Shown piece after piece: positions 50,638 through 62,439 of a stretch of 64,000 bases of DNA. Every line of letters begins with the position of its first letter. Position 1 is the stretch's first letter. The stretch covers positions 372,001-436,000 of the forward strand of contig NW_019028998.1 of NCBI RefSeq assembly GCF_002105155.1, in the 5' to 3' direction. A program made the translations under genes and the position numbers. The stretch is from Lobosporangium transversale (taxonomy: Eukaryota). The notes beneath the pieces are model-generated. The model saw only the letters and a program-made list of their open reading frames with translations, did no database searches and was not told where the DNA came from.

Positions 50638-50979
50638 TTCCGTTATGAATAGAGTAGCTGCAAGAGTTAGATGGCTCTAATGGCTATGACCACAAATTTG
50701 GCCCTTTAGTCTCGTCACCAGCTTGAGAGGAAGCGCCTATGTACAGTACAGTACGCTACGTGTACGTGGTGCGAGGCAAATTGCCATTGAAACAGTAGCA
50801 AGGGAGCGGAAGTAAGTGAGAATAAGATGTGGGTACACATCACATCCATAGGATATTTATTCAGATCCATATCAAAGTATAACTACAAGTTTGTCTACGG
50901 GCGCATGTTTTCTGATACACAACCGTTAGTATATATATATATATCTTGTGTATATATTAAGTTTGAAATATGCAACATT

Positions 50980-53924
50980 CAGCATCCCAAGGTCCCCATA
51001 ATCCAAATTCTTTGATCCTATCTGTGTCTGGGACTCCTCGTTCATCCATTGAAAGTACTCATTGTACGTTCCCTTCCAAACACAGGGATAGCGCTCTCAA
51101 CCTCAATCATTCCTTTTTCACGCTTCCTTTTGTTCAACAGGTGATTGAAGCGGAGGACGGGGAGGTACAACCTGCTTCTCACCTTTACCGTTTGCCGCAA
51201 GTTAGGGTTGTGAGGATCCAGGGAGGAAAACGTAAGGGCGTTAACAATACCAGGATCGCATCCGACGATAGTTGTGGTGTTTGCGGATGGGCACCGCCCT
51301 GGTTTGTTGAATGTGAGCTCAACGTTTTCAAGCAGTTTGGAGCTCCTCTTCCAGTTTATGTTTGCATAGTCTTCATCTGTCAGGTCTTCACCAGCTGCCT
51401 TTGAACACGTCGTGTTGAGAAATCCCTGAGAAAGCCCCAGTTCTTGGCTGGGGTCTTCTTCATCTACGTCAGACTGCTGCTGTCTCTTCGTCTGGGTTGT
51501 GTCATAGGCAAGTAGATTCAGAACTAGACCATTGGTAGAAATCGTTCCTTTGAGTTTGAACCGAGTTAGATCTTTGCCCTGTGACTGCAAGGATACTTTG
51601 TCTCGATATCCAAGAACCATGCGATCGCCTCCAATGTCACAAAAGAGAGCCTGAATCAAAACCCCTTTTGTTCCCTGTACACACTCAAACATTGCAGTCT
51701 TGGAAGGATTGTCGAGAGGCAGAATACGCTCTAGTAGCTGCTTGGTATCTTCGTTCGCCCAGAGGATGTCAACTAGGACGTGTTCAGACAGATACACATA
51801 CCCGGGTGGCCAGGGGGACGTAGGAAAGTCTGAGTATTTTTTCACTTTTTTGTTCTCCCGCAAAAAAAACTCAATGTCGCTCATATCTTCGTTTGTTTTC
51901 TCGACATCAAACTAGAAAAAAAAAAAAAAAAAAAAAAAAGTCTGAATAAAGAGCATTTGATTGCAGAATATGCATGAAAATACCCTACACAAGCTATACC
52001 ATTGCGTTCCTGTAGTGCTGCCTTAATGATGTCTGTACTTGACCCATTAGTAGCTCTGACGCTCTGGAAATGAGATCTTTTTGGGATCAAAGCCTTGCAC
52101 GTCCCCCAATGTGATGTCTATTTCCTTTATTGGGGAAAGTTCAGTGGTGGCCTTGAAATATTCATAAGCGAGGAGGTAATGGGGCGTTTCTACCGCCTTT
52201 CCTTGTTTTTTTGCCCTCGCGTAAGCTGAATTGGGGCCACCTTGACCACTTAAAAGAAGGATGGCGAGACGGAAGGAATAATCATTGCTATCCAAGACCT
52301 CGTCCAGTGCCTTTTTCCTCGACTTTACTGCCCCTGGTAACCGCATGATCCTCTCAATGTCCAAGGCAATCGCCCAGTATGCATATCGGCGTAGTCGGTT
52401 GAGGACAACAACTGTCCCTCGGATCTGGCTTGCAATACTATCCCTTTCATCTGCGTCCAGTCCGCCTTTCCTTGCCATGGAGGCCTTAAGAGACCCAATT
52501 GTTAAGGCCTTGATAGGGTGCTTACTGCTGTAGCTGTGATCAACCCTCGTAGCATCCTTCAAGTTCCTAATTGGTGCACCTTCTTTTTTAGCCCTGTGGG
52601 GCTTCTTGCCTTTGTGCTTCCGCTTTTGTTTTTTCTGTTGCTTCTTTTTTGCCTTTCTCCGACGTGGTGGATGCTTAAGACCCGGCCTATCGTGCTGACG
52701 GCAGTTACTGATATCAACTGTGCGCCCATTCAATATGCTCGCCTTGTCAGAAAAGATGGGCCGGAACTGGTTCCTATGTGACCCTTCCGCTATATAGAAT
52801 GATGGTGCGCCTCTACATTATCCAAGAAAGGGACTAACGATTAGTATTGGGATGTATGGTTTCAAGGCCAAAACTATAGCTTGAGCTTTCTTACGTTCTG
52901 CGGCGCTGCGCTCGCCTTTGCTGAGCCATTCTATGGCGAAGATCCTTTCCATTGAGTAGACGCTGCTTGAAGTTATCGAACTCACTGTTCAATGGTAATG
53001 CTTGGGCCGACGTTTGATGGCCGGAAGTAAAAACGCGGAGAGCTACTCTGAAACGGCCTTCTTCAGAGGCTGCGTTCCTTCCCAACACCTTACTAGCTTC
53101 CCTTAGGTAGTCCCGAAGCATTTTATTGTAGTTCTCGTTCCACGCAACCTTTCGAATTAATCGAAGATTATTAACCGGGCCTAACGTCTCGAGGTTCCTT
53201 GAGTAGTCATTGCCTGCGATGGCACAGAATAACACCAGATGCGCGTGTGATGGCAGTCTTAGTGCTTGGATAACGTTGCCTACATCGTAAACCCCAAACT
53301 TCCGTCTACGGCGCGGAAGGGGTCGCACTAGGAAGCAGACCGTTCGTACGCAAAAAAATCAGAGTCTTGGGATATCACGATTCTATCATTCTCCTCATTA
53401 TGGCACCCTATACATGGGTCCGCTTCATATGCACACAGACAGACATCGAAGACAGAGCTAAGGCCTGTTGTCAGCTGATCCTTGTCCTGGGCGCTCAGGG
53501 TGTGGACTTCTCGAAGACCCTTCTGGATGCGCCTCATGACTTGAGGGCGAGTCCATACCCCACTCCGAGAATTTCTCTCGAAGGTGCTCATAGCGTTCTC
53601 CAAAGCATCCATATTTTTTTCTGTTATGACTTGCCATTCTGTCCTTGCTTTTTCTTTCTAAGGTTCCCCATCAATATGTATAGTCAGATTGTCCGTTATG
53701 AAAAGATCCTTTATCACGAGAGCCAGGGACCTTCCTACATCAATGATGGATTCGTTTTTCATCTTTGCATGGACGACTCTGCGGAGGATGTCGTAATAGA
53801 ACGTACCGAGGAGATCTACATGAACAGAATGGTCAGGGTTTGCCGCCAAGAAAGTGCCCACGTCAGTTTCCGAAGGTAAAACCCCGCGATCCGCAACCAG
53901 TTTGAAGAAGGACTTCAGCCCCAT
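50980..53924 (-). pseudogene. Disrupted 3-exon gene: N-terminal XPG/FEN1-like nuclease fused to a C-terminal TnpB/Fanzor-like region (RuvC-I present, RuvC-II/III missing)
   Basis: XPG motifs MGLKSFF, VHVDL, IHIDG, YEADPCIG, ISQDSDF, AGNDYSRNLETLG. In-frame introns 52813-52894 and 51912-51999. C-terminal LKGTISTNGLVLNL and IVGCDPG. In-frame TAG at 53658-53660, frameshifts near 53340, 52065 and 51075, and 3' truncation. Confidence 0.72.
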
Positions 53925-53984
53925 GGCCAATATCTAAGCGAAAGAGAAAGAAAAAAGGAAAAATGGTGGCGATGAAAAGAAATG

Positions 53985-54019
<35 letters not shown>

Positions 54020-56909
54020 GACAAAGGTATAAAAGGATGAGCTTTTTTATATTGAGGAAAAGATACAGGAACAAGTGGCAGTGGTAAAAGGGATGGGACT
54101 TTGAAGGAGGAAGACAATGATCCCTTTTTATATCCTGGATTGATTGAGTTTTATCATTGTCTCATATAGTTTTGATATCGATCCTTTGCTTCACAGGCCA
54201 CATCAATCTTTATTCAGTTCCTTTGTTTGGATTGGGGTTTTGTTCAAGTCAATAGCAGAGATTGACAAATAAATACAAGCTCTCGTATGAACGGCAGATT
54301 GGAAACAATAGCATTGAGATACCAAAGTGAGCATTCGAAAAAATCATCTCCAGATACAGCATACAGTGTCGATGTCGATCCTTTGTTACATAATTTTTTT
54401 TTTTTTTCAGTTTCTTTTGTTTGCACTGGCCCTTGCTTTGTGCTTTGTGAGGAATTTAATGAATAAAAGAAGATTTATAATTTTGAACAGGGGTAATAAA
54501 TGCCTCGGTGATTATATCCTTGTCAAAGGTAACAACTAAAGAAAAAAAAGTCTTTTTTATCAGAGAATGGCTTCATATGATGCTCTTTGCTCCAACAGCC
54601 CCAGTACTATTGCGTTAAAGCAGAGATATTCGTTGACTCTCAGATTCCGGCATCAATGGCGGAGATAGGAGTGATGTAGTTGCATGCGCTTATTGCTTGG
54701 AGTAAAAGCTATCTAAGCACCCTTTCTTACTGGACGATGCCTTGTTAATGGTGATATTGCGCAGCGCCTTGTGGATGGAGGGAGAGCAGAAGCGAGAGTG
54801 GTGGTTTTTGGCGGTCGTTTGGTGTGTGTATGTGTGAATTTGATAGTTGATATCAATCGCCAAAACATATGCATCTAGAAATACAGAAGCGAGATTGATA
54901 CCGACGCGTTTGATCCTTTCCTAGGGATTGTTATAACCATGGGATGATTGTGGAGTGGCCGCCAAAATAAAGTTTGTTTGGAGGCACCAATGGAAAACGC
55001 TTGTGTTTTGAACAAAAAAAGACGTCGCGATGTAAAATGTGTTTATACATGTACAGAAACTTAAGAGATGCTTCAGCTGCTTATTCGTGCACACAGTGAT
55101 TGACGAACAAAAAAGGAAAAAAAAAGCCCGCGATGAAAGAAGGCATGTGCAGACAACAAATAAACACAGCTCACATACATTTTTTTCACCGTTGTGTCTG
55201 TATCTCTTCTAAGCTTTCTGTCTAGCCGTTTAACACAAGGAACCCTCAGAAAAAGAAATACCTCGCATGATTGGTGCCAGGTCTGAAAACAACAACAATG
55301 CATTGCTGTACGTGGAAGATAGGGTCTATAAACTATACCATTGATCACAACCGCTACCCATGCTCTCTTGCCAAGGACTTTAACAGGCATAGCAGCCCCT
55401 TCTTCCTTGCTCTCATAACCGCTCACATCCTTTCGATGCATTCTTTCGCCATTTATGTCCACTACATCTGAACCACACACAATTCACCACTCACTCCAAC
55501 AGAGATATTTGTATCACCTTGGGTATGATATGTTGCTGTGGTTCCCTCCGGTTTCAACAGGCCCAACAAACTCTATAAGCTGTTTACCAAGCCAGATATA
55601 TCAAAGGAATGCAAGAAGACGAGGAAGCGAACGATGTGACAAATCAAGTCTTGCCGAGCTGTACAAGAAAAGATCAAGTTAGTCAAGCTCCATGGTGCGG
55701 AAGAATGGTTCCACTCAGATTGCCCTCCTTTCAAGTCGATACTACGGCAGCGAATATTATCGCTGTTATATTACATCAGTCAATAAATAAACGATACAAT
55801 GGACTCCCAAGGGGATGCTAGGGTCATGCGAAAGTCTTTCTTTCGATGTCGAAATAAATGACCGAAAACTAAATTGTCATGGAGCTATCCTGGCTTCTTT
55901 ATTTGTGCAAATAAAAAACTCATGAAATTTCAAGACAATGCCCATGGATTGCTGGCAAATTTGTGAGTCCCCTTAGATACTCAAGTTAGCCAAATATGCG
56001 ACAGCGACACCCTTAAACAAAAAATAAAAGTTATTTCATGTGGGTCATGTGAGCCAAAATATATATGGAAGTTCACTCTAACCTGTCTCTAAGTCCATAA
56101 TCATATGGGAAAACCATATATAAAAGTCAATTAAATGAACCTCAATCCAAACCGAACTTTGGATAATGCCAAAAGACACTAATATAAAGCGATATAGAGT
56201 AATTGAAGTTTCTGAAGAAATTGAGTATCCGTAGTGACATAAAAACCCAAGTGTAGCTTGGTAGACACTTGTTTAAAAAAATGTTTCGTTGAAATTAGTA
56301 AAAAAAGCAGAGCTCTATGATAAAGCCTTCAAACTTCACCATATTTTCAGATTAAAAGGACATGTCAATGCTGAATCCAACTGTGGTATTTTTACAGCGA
56401 CTTAGTTTACAAAAATAACCATCCTTACTGTTTAAAGATGGAGGAGAGACTATAAATTCCAGAAATTACTCTATTTAGAGAATTCAATGGGCATATTCTT
56501 GACAACCGCATTGCTAGTTCCTTGAAGTGCATATACATGGCTTATAGATATAGCTTTTGGGTACCAGAATCTATATTTTGCAATGTGTATCGCCATTACT
56601 GACAGAGTGATATTACTTTTGAACGAAATAAGATGTACGTAATCTTGAATATTTTCAATGTACAAGTTCTTTGAATGGAGGTATCTTACTGAAGACTTAA
56701 CCGAATCTTCTCAAGTTTTTTTTTAAATCGTACCAATGGATCTTACCTACAAAATATATGGTTTTCAGTCTTGTAGATACTCTATCTCAACAGAGAATGG
56801 ATTTCTTTTTTTCATTGTTCTGTATAAAAAAAAAAAAAGAAATCCTGATTTCTGATTGGCTATTTCAATTGTGCTCTCTTTGATTGAATTGGGTTGAATA
56901 GTTTTTTGA

Positions 56910-59634
56910 TCAAATATATACATGTAAATATTTTTTTTTTTGGCGCTGCCGTTTTTGGTTCCCAGATGTATTTATCGTTCTTTGTAAAGAACAAAACCGT
57001 TCAACTATATCACTTAATTCCCTTGCTGCGTCGGAACTTCTCACAATGCTATCTGAATCATGGAGACTCTTTTTGAGTATCTCCAAAGATTCAGTAACCA
57101 CATCAGCAATCCTCTCCGCCTCAGCAACCTCCTCTGCTTCAGCATCCTCTACCTCCAACAGAGCATCACTCATGCTGGGGTTAACATTCCCTTCCAGGCC
57201 ATCTTGAAAACTCTGGATCATAGCATGTCTATCAGGGACCCTCTCAAGGACATCATGTATGATGTGGAGTGGTGGGTCTGGGTTATCCTTATGAACTTGA
57301 TGCAAAAGATACATATGTCTGCAGGGGCGCTGAAAATACATAAAGTACTGACAGTTACATCTTGAGATAGTTTCATTCGTGGCAACCACGAAATAATATC
57401 CGCCAGATACGGAGAACGAGCGCACACAGTAAACGGTTCGGTCTCCCACTTGCTGCTCGTGAACAATGCGCTGTGGAAGGTCTTCTAGACCATCTAGAAA
57501 TTTTCTTTGGTGAAAGTCATCTCTCTCGCCTTTTAAATGTTGCCCATAGCGTCGCACAGTCTGCATTGCCATCATTTGGTAAAACTCATCTACATCATGA
57601 GTTAAGATATAAACCAATCTATCTCCCCTGCAGTTTGTATAACCTCGTAAGAAGTGCGACTTAAGGTGGTTGTGCCAGGACTCGACGTAATTGTTAGTAT
57701 CCATCCCGGCATAAAACTTTCCCATACGATAACATTTCATCCACCTTCTCCTTCGGTCTTCACTGAGGTACCGTTATCTAAAATAATTCCAGACTTTGCC
57801 CTGATTATGATCCTGCCATTTCAACTCGAATTCTGAAATAAGAGTCTCAGCTCGCGTACGGTTTGGATCAAACAAAATTCTACGGAGCTCCCCCATCGCT
57901 TCCTCCCTCAACTCCTTAGCTGCCTTGTCTTGCGTTGCACAGATAACATTTCGAAGCTTGGTGCTCCAAGCTTTCATAACATGCCATAGACATAAATGAA
58001 CTGTGACTGAGTCTCCAAACGCCAATCGGATTGCTTTGTATTCTGCTCGAGCATCATCAGTGGTGATGTATTCAGGAGAGCCAATGGTTTCTCTGATATG
58101 TTTCAACCATTTTGCCAACGGTACATGGCTATGATCGTTCGTAAGCAAGAAGGCAACTGGGATAGCACTCAGACTTTGTGGGTTCCGCACAATTATGGTG
58201 TAAAGCTGGTGTTTAGAGCGATTTGTTCCATGCGTTGAATCTAGCCCAATGTGTTTAAAATTGGATCCATAAACTGATTTCTGGAACGGCGACATAAACC
58301 CATATGCAAATCTTGCATGATTCACCCCGTCTATTATGATGTGGTAGTCGAGCGTGAATACAGTGAAGCCCTTGTCCTTTAGTTTGTCCATCCAGAGCCT
58401 CATCGAGACTAAGTCATTCTTTTCAAGCTGATTCTGCCCACTTGAATATTTATAATAAATATTGTACACATCCTCATACTTCAGGACATGGTCACGCTGC
58501 AAAGACCCTCTTTGGTGTCGCGAAAATGCCTGGCTGCCAGACAGGTTTATCCTTGTCAGAATCTTTCTTGTACAGAGACCTAAACGGACAAGGTTTCGAA
58601 TTCGTGATTTTGTTTCTTCTGTCACTCTGAGATGTTGAAAGACCTCGAGACTGGCAAGAGTATGCCCAGTGTGCTTGTAGTAATATATCACACGCAGCTG
58701 GCTCCTTTCTCCTCTACTTGCGAACTCTTCCATATTGGGTTTTACGTCATGAACAATTAGTCTGGCTTTACAGCCTACTTTCTTGGTCGGTTTATAAACA
58801 TTGCGAGTTTTCTTGGCTGGCCTCTCAAGTAGTTGATCTTGGTCAGCAATCTTTTTTTTGCGTGGGGCGCCTGCACAGTGGCAGAAATAAAGTTGAAATG
58901 AATGCAGTTTGCCTTTGCTATCATTGTCGTTGATGATTTCAGAGTCTTCATTGTCTTCATTTCTACCATTTATCTCAGAGTTGCCTTTATTCCAAATAAA
59001 AAAGTGATCGCTGCCATCTCGATCCTTCCACAGTTCAAAGTCTCTTTTGTCCACATAGAATACGTGCGGCAAATAATCGTAGTCCTGTTTTTTAATCCTG
59101 AGGCCATCAACAATATCCCTAATCTTAGCCTCTGGGACCATCGACTCAATCCAAGAGTATTCTTGTAGCTGCGCAGACACAATTGTGGAAGCCAGACTGA
59201 TTGCACGAGCCTCCTCATCTTGACTCAACCCCGATATATCCTCTACTTCTTCTACGTTATTTTCAGATGGCGCCTCAACGAAAGTTTTCTTAAGAGATTC
59301 TGTTGCGAGATCATTCCCAGAGGTATTGTCTTCACCGGATGGTTCAACTGGCCCCCACACTATTTCTGGCTCGGAATCTGACACATCCGAAGAATAGTCT
59401 TCACCATCATCACAGTCGTGCTCTTCAGGATCCGTATCAACGTCGGTAGCTTCATCATGATCGTAGAATTCGAAGCCTGGCTCAAGGACCTCTTCAGTTG
59501 CATCCTCACCGTTACTCGAGGCAACTAAGGTATCAGTAGTGAGGACCTATAACTTGCATTAAGAAAAATAATTAACTATAAGCTAACGAACTAATCGAAA
59601 TAGCTAGCATGTTCGTGATATTTATAAATACCAT
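56910..59634 (-). mobile_element. Mutator-like (MULE/MuDR) transposase gene with SWIM finger, inactivated by one in-frame stop
   Basis: YFCHCAG...GCKARL...HTGH DNA-binding region; catalytic LDSTHGTN, ITTDD, CLWH, TNNYVESWHN; SWIM CNC...PCRHM. TAA at 57774-57776 is followed by in-frame RYLSEDRRRRWMKCY. TIRs not identified; 5' exon structure approximate. Confidence 0.88.
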
Positions 59635-60288
59635 TGTGGAAAGGACGGCTATCTCAGAAAGGAAGACAGAGAGTTAGAAATGAAGTAGGCTAATTTGAAT
59701 TTACGCGTTTTTTTTTTTTTTTTTTTTTTAAAAAAAGTAAAAAGGTTACCTGGGACAAGAGATGGACTACAGAAACACGAGAAGGGCCTGAATGGAGTCT
59801 GCAGGAGAGCTATCCTGACATAAATAAAATGGGTAATGAGCGATGGAAGAGGATTAAATGGCGGTGATTCGGAAGTATCAACTGGCAGAAAGGGATGGAT
59901 TTAGCAAAAAGCCTACTACGTCACCTCATTATAAGTTATAACTAAAAACCTTGTGACGGACGAAGGGATAAGCCACACAGCCTGGTGACGAACCTCCTTT
60001 CATCAGCACACCAACTCATTCCTTACAGCAAGCAACATTTAGAAGAGCTGTTTGCTCACTACAGACGACTTACTAAACAGTCTTTCTCTTCTCTCTTTTC
60101 TGTAGCCATAGCCACATGAATACTTGGAAATACCTGGCAAAGGAAGAGGACAGGACAGTAAGTGATGGAAAAATTTATACTAATTCATATTGATCATCAG
60201 TGCTGGAGACATAATTGAGGACTCATTCACATTTTCCTCCTCGGTCTTTCTCTTCATCATAGTTACCTCTCCTTTCATCTAAGGCACC

Positions 60289-60508
60289 TTGCTGAGCATT
60301 GAGTCCCTGCCTATCTGGATGCCGCTGAGCATTTGCTCCCCGCATCTGGAGACGTCGCCCAGGACGGTTGGCACGGACTATGCAACTCTGCCCAATGGCT
60401 ATGCAGTCCTAGCCGCTGATCTTGGTTCCACGGCAGTTGGAGAGATACCAATGAGTGAGAGGGACCATATGGTTCGTCGAGCTCACCCCGCACTGGGGTA
60501 CTCAGCGA
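60289..60508 (+). ncRNA. Putative structured ncRNA, unit 1
   Basis: Terminal stem TTGCTGAG/CTCAGCGA; several internal hairpins with G-U pairs favouring the + strand. No known family recognised. Confidence 0.45.
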
Positions 60509-60531
60509 ATTCTTTCTTGTCCTTGCGTATT

Positions 60532-60800
60532 GCTGAACATTGAGTCCCTGCCTATCTGGATGCCGCTGAGTATTTGCTCCCCGCATGCCGCTGAGTATTT
60601 GCTCCCCGCATGCCGCTGAGTATTTGCTCCCCGCATCTGGAGACGTCGCCCAGGACGGTTGGCACGGACTATGCAACTCTGCCCAATGGCTATGCAGTCC
60701 TAGCCGCTGATCTTGGTTCCACGGCAGTTGGAGAGATACCAATGAGTGAGAGGAGCTACATCGCTCGTCGAGCTCACCCTGCTTGGAGTGGGTGTTCAGC
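60532..60800 (+). ncRNA. Putative structured ncRNA, unit 2
   Basis: Terminal stem GCTGAACA/TGTTCAGC; compensatory variant hairpin GAGC-TACATC-GCTC at 60753-60766. Confidence 0.45.
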
Positions 60801-60831
60801 CAAATTTTGATGTTTTACGCAATGGGTGCCT

Positions 60832-61073
60832 TTCTGGATATTGAGTCCCTGCCTATCTGGATGCCGCTGAGTATTTGCTCCCCGCATGCCGCTGAGTATT
60901 TGCTCCCCGCATCTGGAGACGTCGCCCAGGACGGTTGGCACGGACTATGCAACTCTGCCCAATGGCTATGCAGTCCTAGCCGCTGATCTTGGTTCCACGG
61001 CAGTTGGAGAGATACCAATGAGTGAGAGGGACCATATGGTTCGTCGAGCTCACCCTTCATTGGGTGTCCAGAG
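60832..61073 (+). ncRNA. Putative structured ncRNA, unit 3
   Basis: Terminal stem TCTGGATA/TGTCCAGA, followed by T-runs (TTTT, then TTTTTT). Confidence 0.45.
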
Positions 61074-62439
61074 TTTCATCTCTTTTGTCGCTTTTTTATC
61101 TATCGATTTTTATCCGCCTGCTTTCTTTTTTTAGTAATGGACCGTGGAAGCAAGATCACGTTGCAAGTAAGCATTGACTGCTATAACGGTAGAGCCGGCA
61201 GAAGAGATCAACCTAGATGCTTGTCTGCTAGGGCCATGGGCTCACCACAGAATCCTTCTTTTGGTCTTTCTCCTCCTCCGTTCATTGTAATTAGGAAGAC
61301 AACCAAGATTGTTCAAATAACATATGAAATACTGTTCACAAACGAGACGAATGATGCATAATTTAGCGTCTTCAACCAAAATGAATAAAAGTCTCTTCTA
61401 CATTCGTCACTCTAAAATAACGTTCGGGATTCAGCAAGTCGAGCTGTAAAAAGACTCCGATATCTTATCCTAATACATAGTCCACGCATAAATCCTCGTC
61501 TGAAAAACTGCTTCCTCTAGTTCTTAAACTAAAAATAAACCTCAATATAAGCGTTATCCCATCTTATTCAACTTGGCAACCTCTTAATATTTTTAATTGG
61601 ATTAATCTAATTTGCAGCCTAGGTGCCAAATATAATGAATTTAGAAGACTCTCTTTGGCAAACCAGTTGTCAAGGAACACCCTCATGATTTGCTTGGCAA
61701 CCTATCTAGTGTTATTTGACCTCTATTTCTTGTTTTTCTGTAAAATTCTCGTATCTTGTTTACTGAGAACTATCCTGTGTTGATGAGAAGCACAGGAGTT
61801 CCTGTTGAACTTGTTGACATCCAACAAAAAAAGGTTTCAACGAGCTTTTTGATCGTGACATTCATCTATAATCCAGTGACAGTAACGGCTAGAGGTGCGT
61901 CAACATATTTATACGATCCTAATGCTTCCTGTCTTTCGACATTTTTATTTAGAGGAAGCCCGCCGATTAAAAGCGAGTTTTAATTGAAAGACTGAAATAA
62001 GGATAAAGCTATTTGCGCGACTCGTACACCCCTTATTTGTACCACCCCCGTGCAAATAAAAATAAAAACTATTTGCAAGGCGTCTTTATTTCATCTACAA
62101 GCGGCAACGTGTATCCTACAGACTACATTATTCTAGCTTTTTTATTTCGAATGAAATAAACAAAGATGAGTCTAGAGTAGTCTAGAAGTATTACTGTTGG
62201 AAGTTGCAGTGCCGTAGGAGCCGCGATACTCATCGCGTTCTGTTGCATATTCCACAGTATGCAATATTATGGTAGAAAAAAATTAGGGTAAAAAACACTA
62301 ATGCGCTAAAAAGATTAGCAGTAGAAATTAGTGGCAATAACGCGCCACACATAGACGCGATAAATCTTTGATTTGAAGTTTTTAAAACGAATTTTTGTCA
62401 TCCTATAGATAGATACGTAATTACCTCCACCAGAAAATG

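Larger units (their letters stand above)
60289..61073 (+). repeat. Tandem array of three GC-rich ~220-270-bp units with a nested 25-bp subrepeat (1, 3 and 2 copies) and unique 21-31-nt linkers
   Basis: The core ATTGAGTCCCTGCC...CGTCGAGCTCACCC is nearly identical in units 60289-60508, 60532-60800 and 60832-61073. Confidence 0.95.

Noticed and set aside
1640..54020. Many long poly(A)/poly(T) tracts producing poly-K/poly-F ORFs
   Set aside because: These are intronic or intergenic homopolymers found throughout the window; the ORFs are intron read-through artefacts.
55270..55820. Possible kinesin-like or other gene relic (FDAFF, TEIF, SLAELYK fragments)
   Set aside because: Fragments are too short and lack a P-loop; not supportable without a search.
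60801..60825. Linker 2 (AAATTTTGATGTTTTACG) resembles the reverse complement of the transposon subterminal sequence at 45698-45718
   Set aside because: The match needs two indels in AT-rich sequence and is not distinguishable from chance.
60289..61073. Identification of the units as SRP RNA, RNase MRP, TPP riboswitch, C/D snoRNA or hammerhead ribozyme
   Set aside because: Only short partial matches (GCCCAGG, GAGTCCC, CTGATC). The required partner motifs (GNRA...AGCAG, GAAAGUCCCC, RUGAUGA, CUGAUGA...GAAA) are absent.
60289..61134. Repeated short ORFs (MPLSICSPHLETSPRTVG...) as a repeat protein, or the array as a canonical CRISPR
   Set aside because: The 25-bp copy-number changes break the frame and there are no credible starts. 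The ~190-bp repeats are far longer than CRISPR repeats, there are no cas genes, and the host is a eukaryote.
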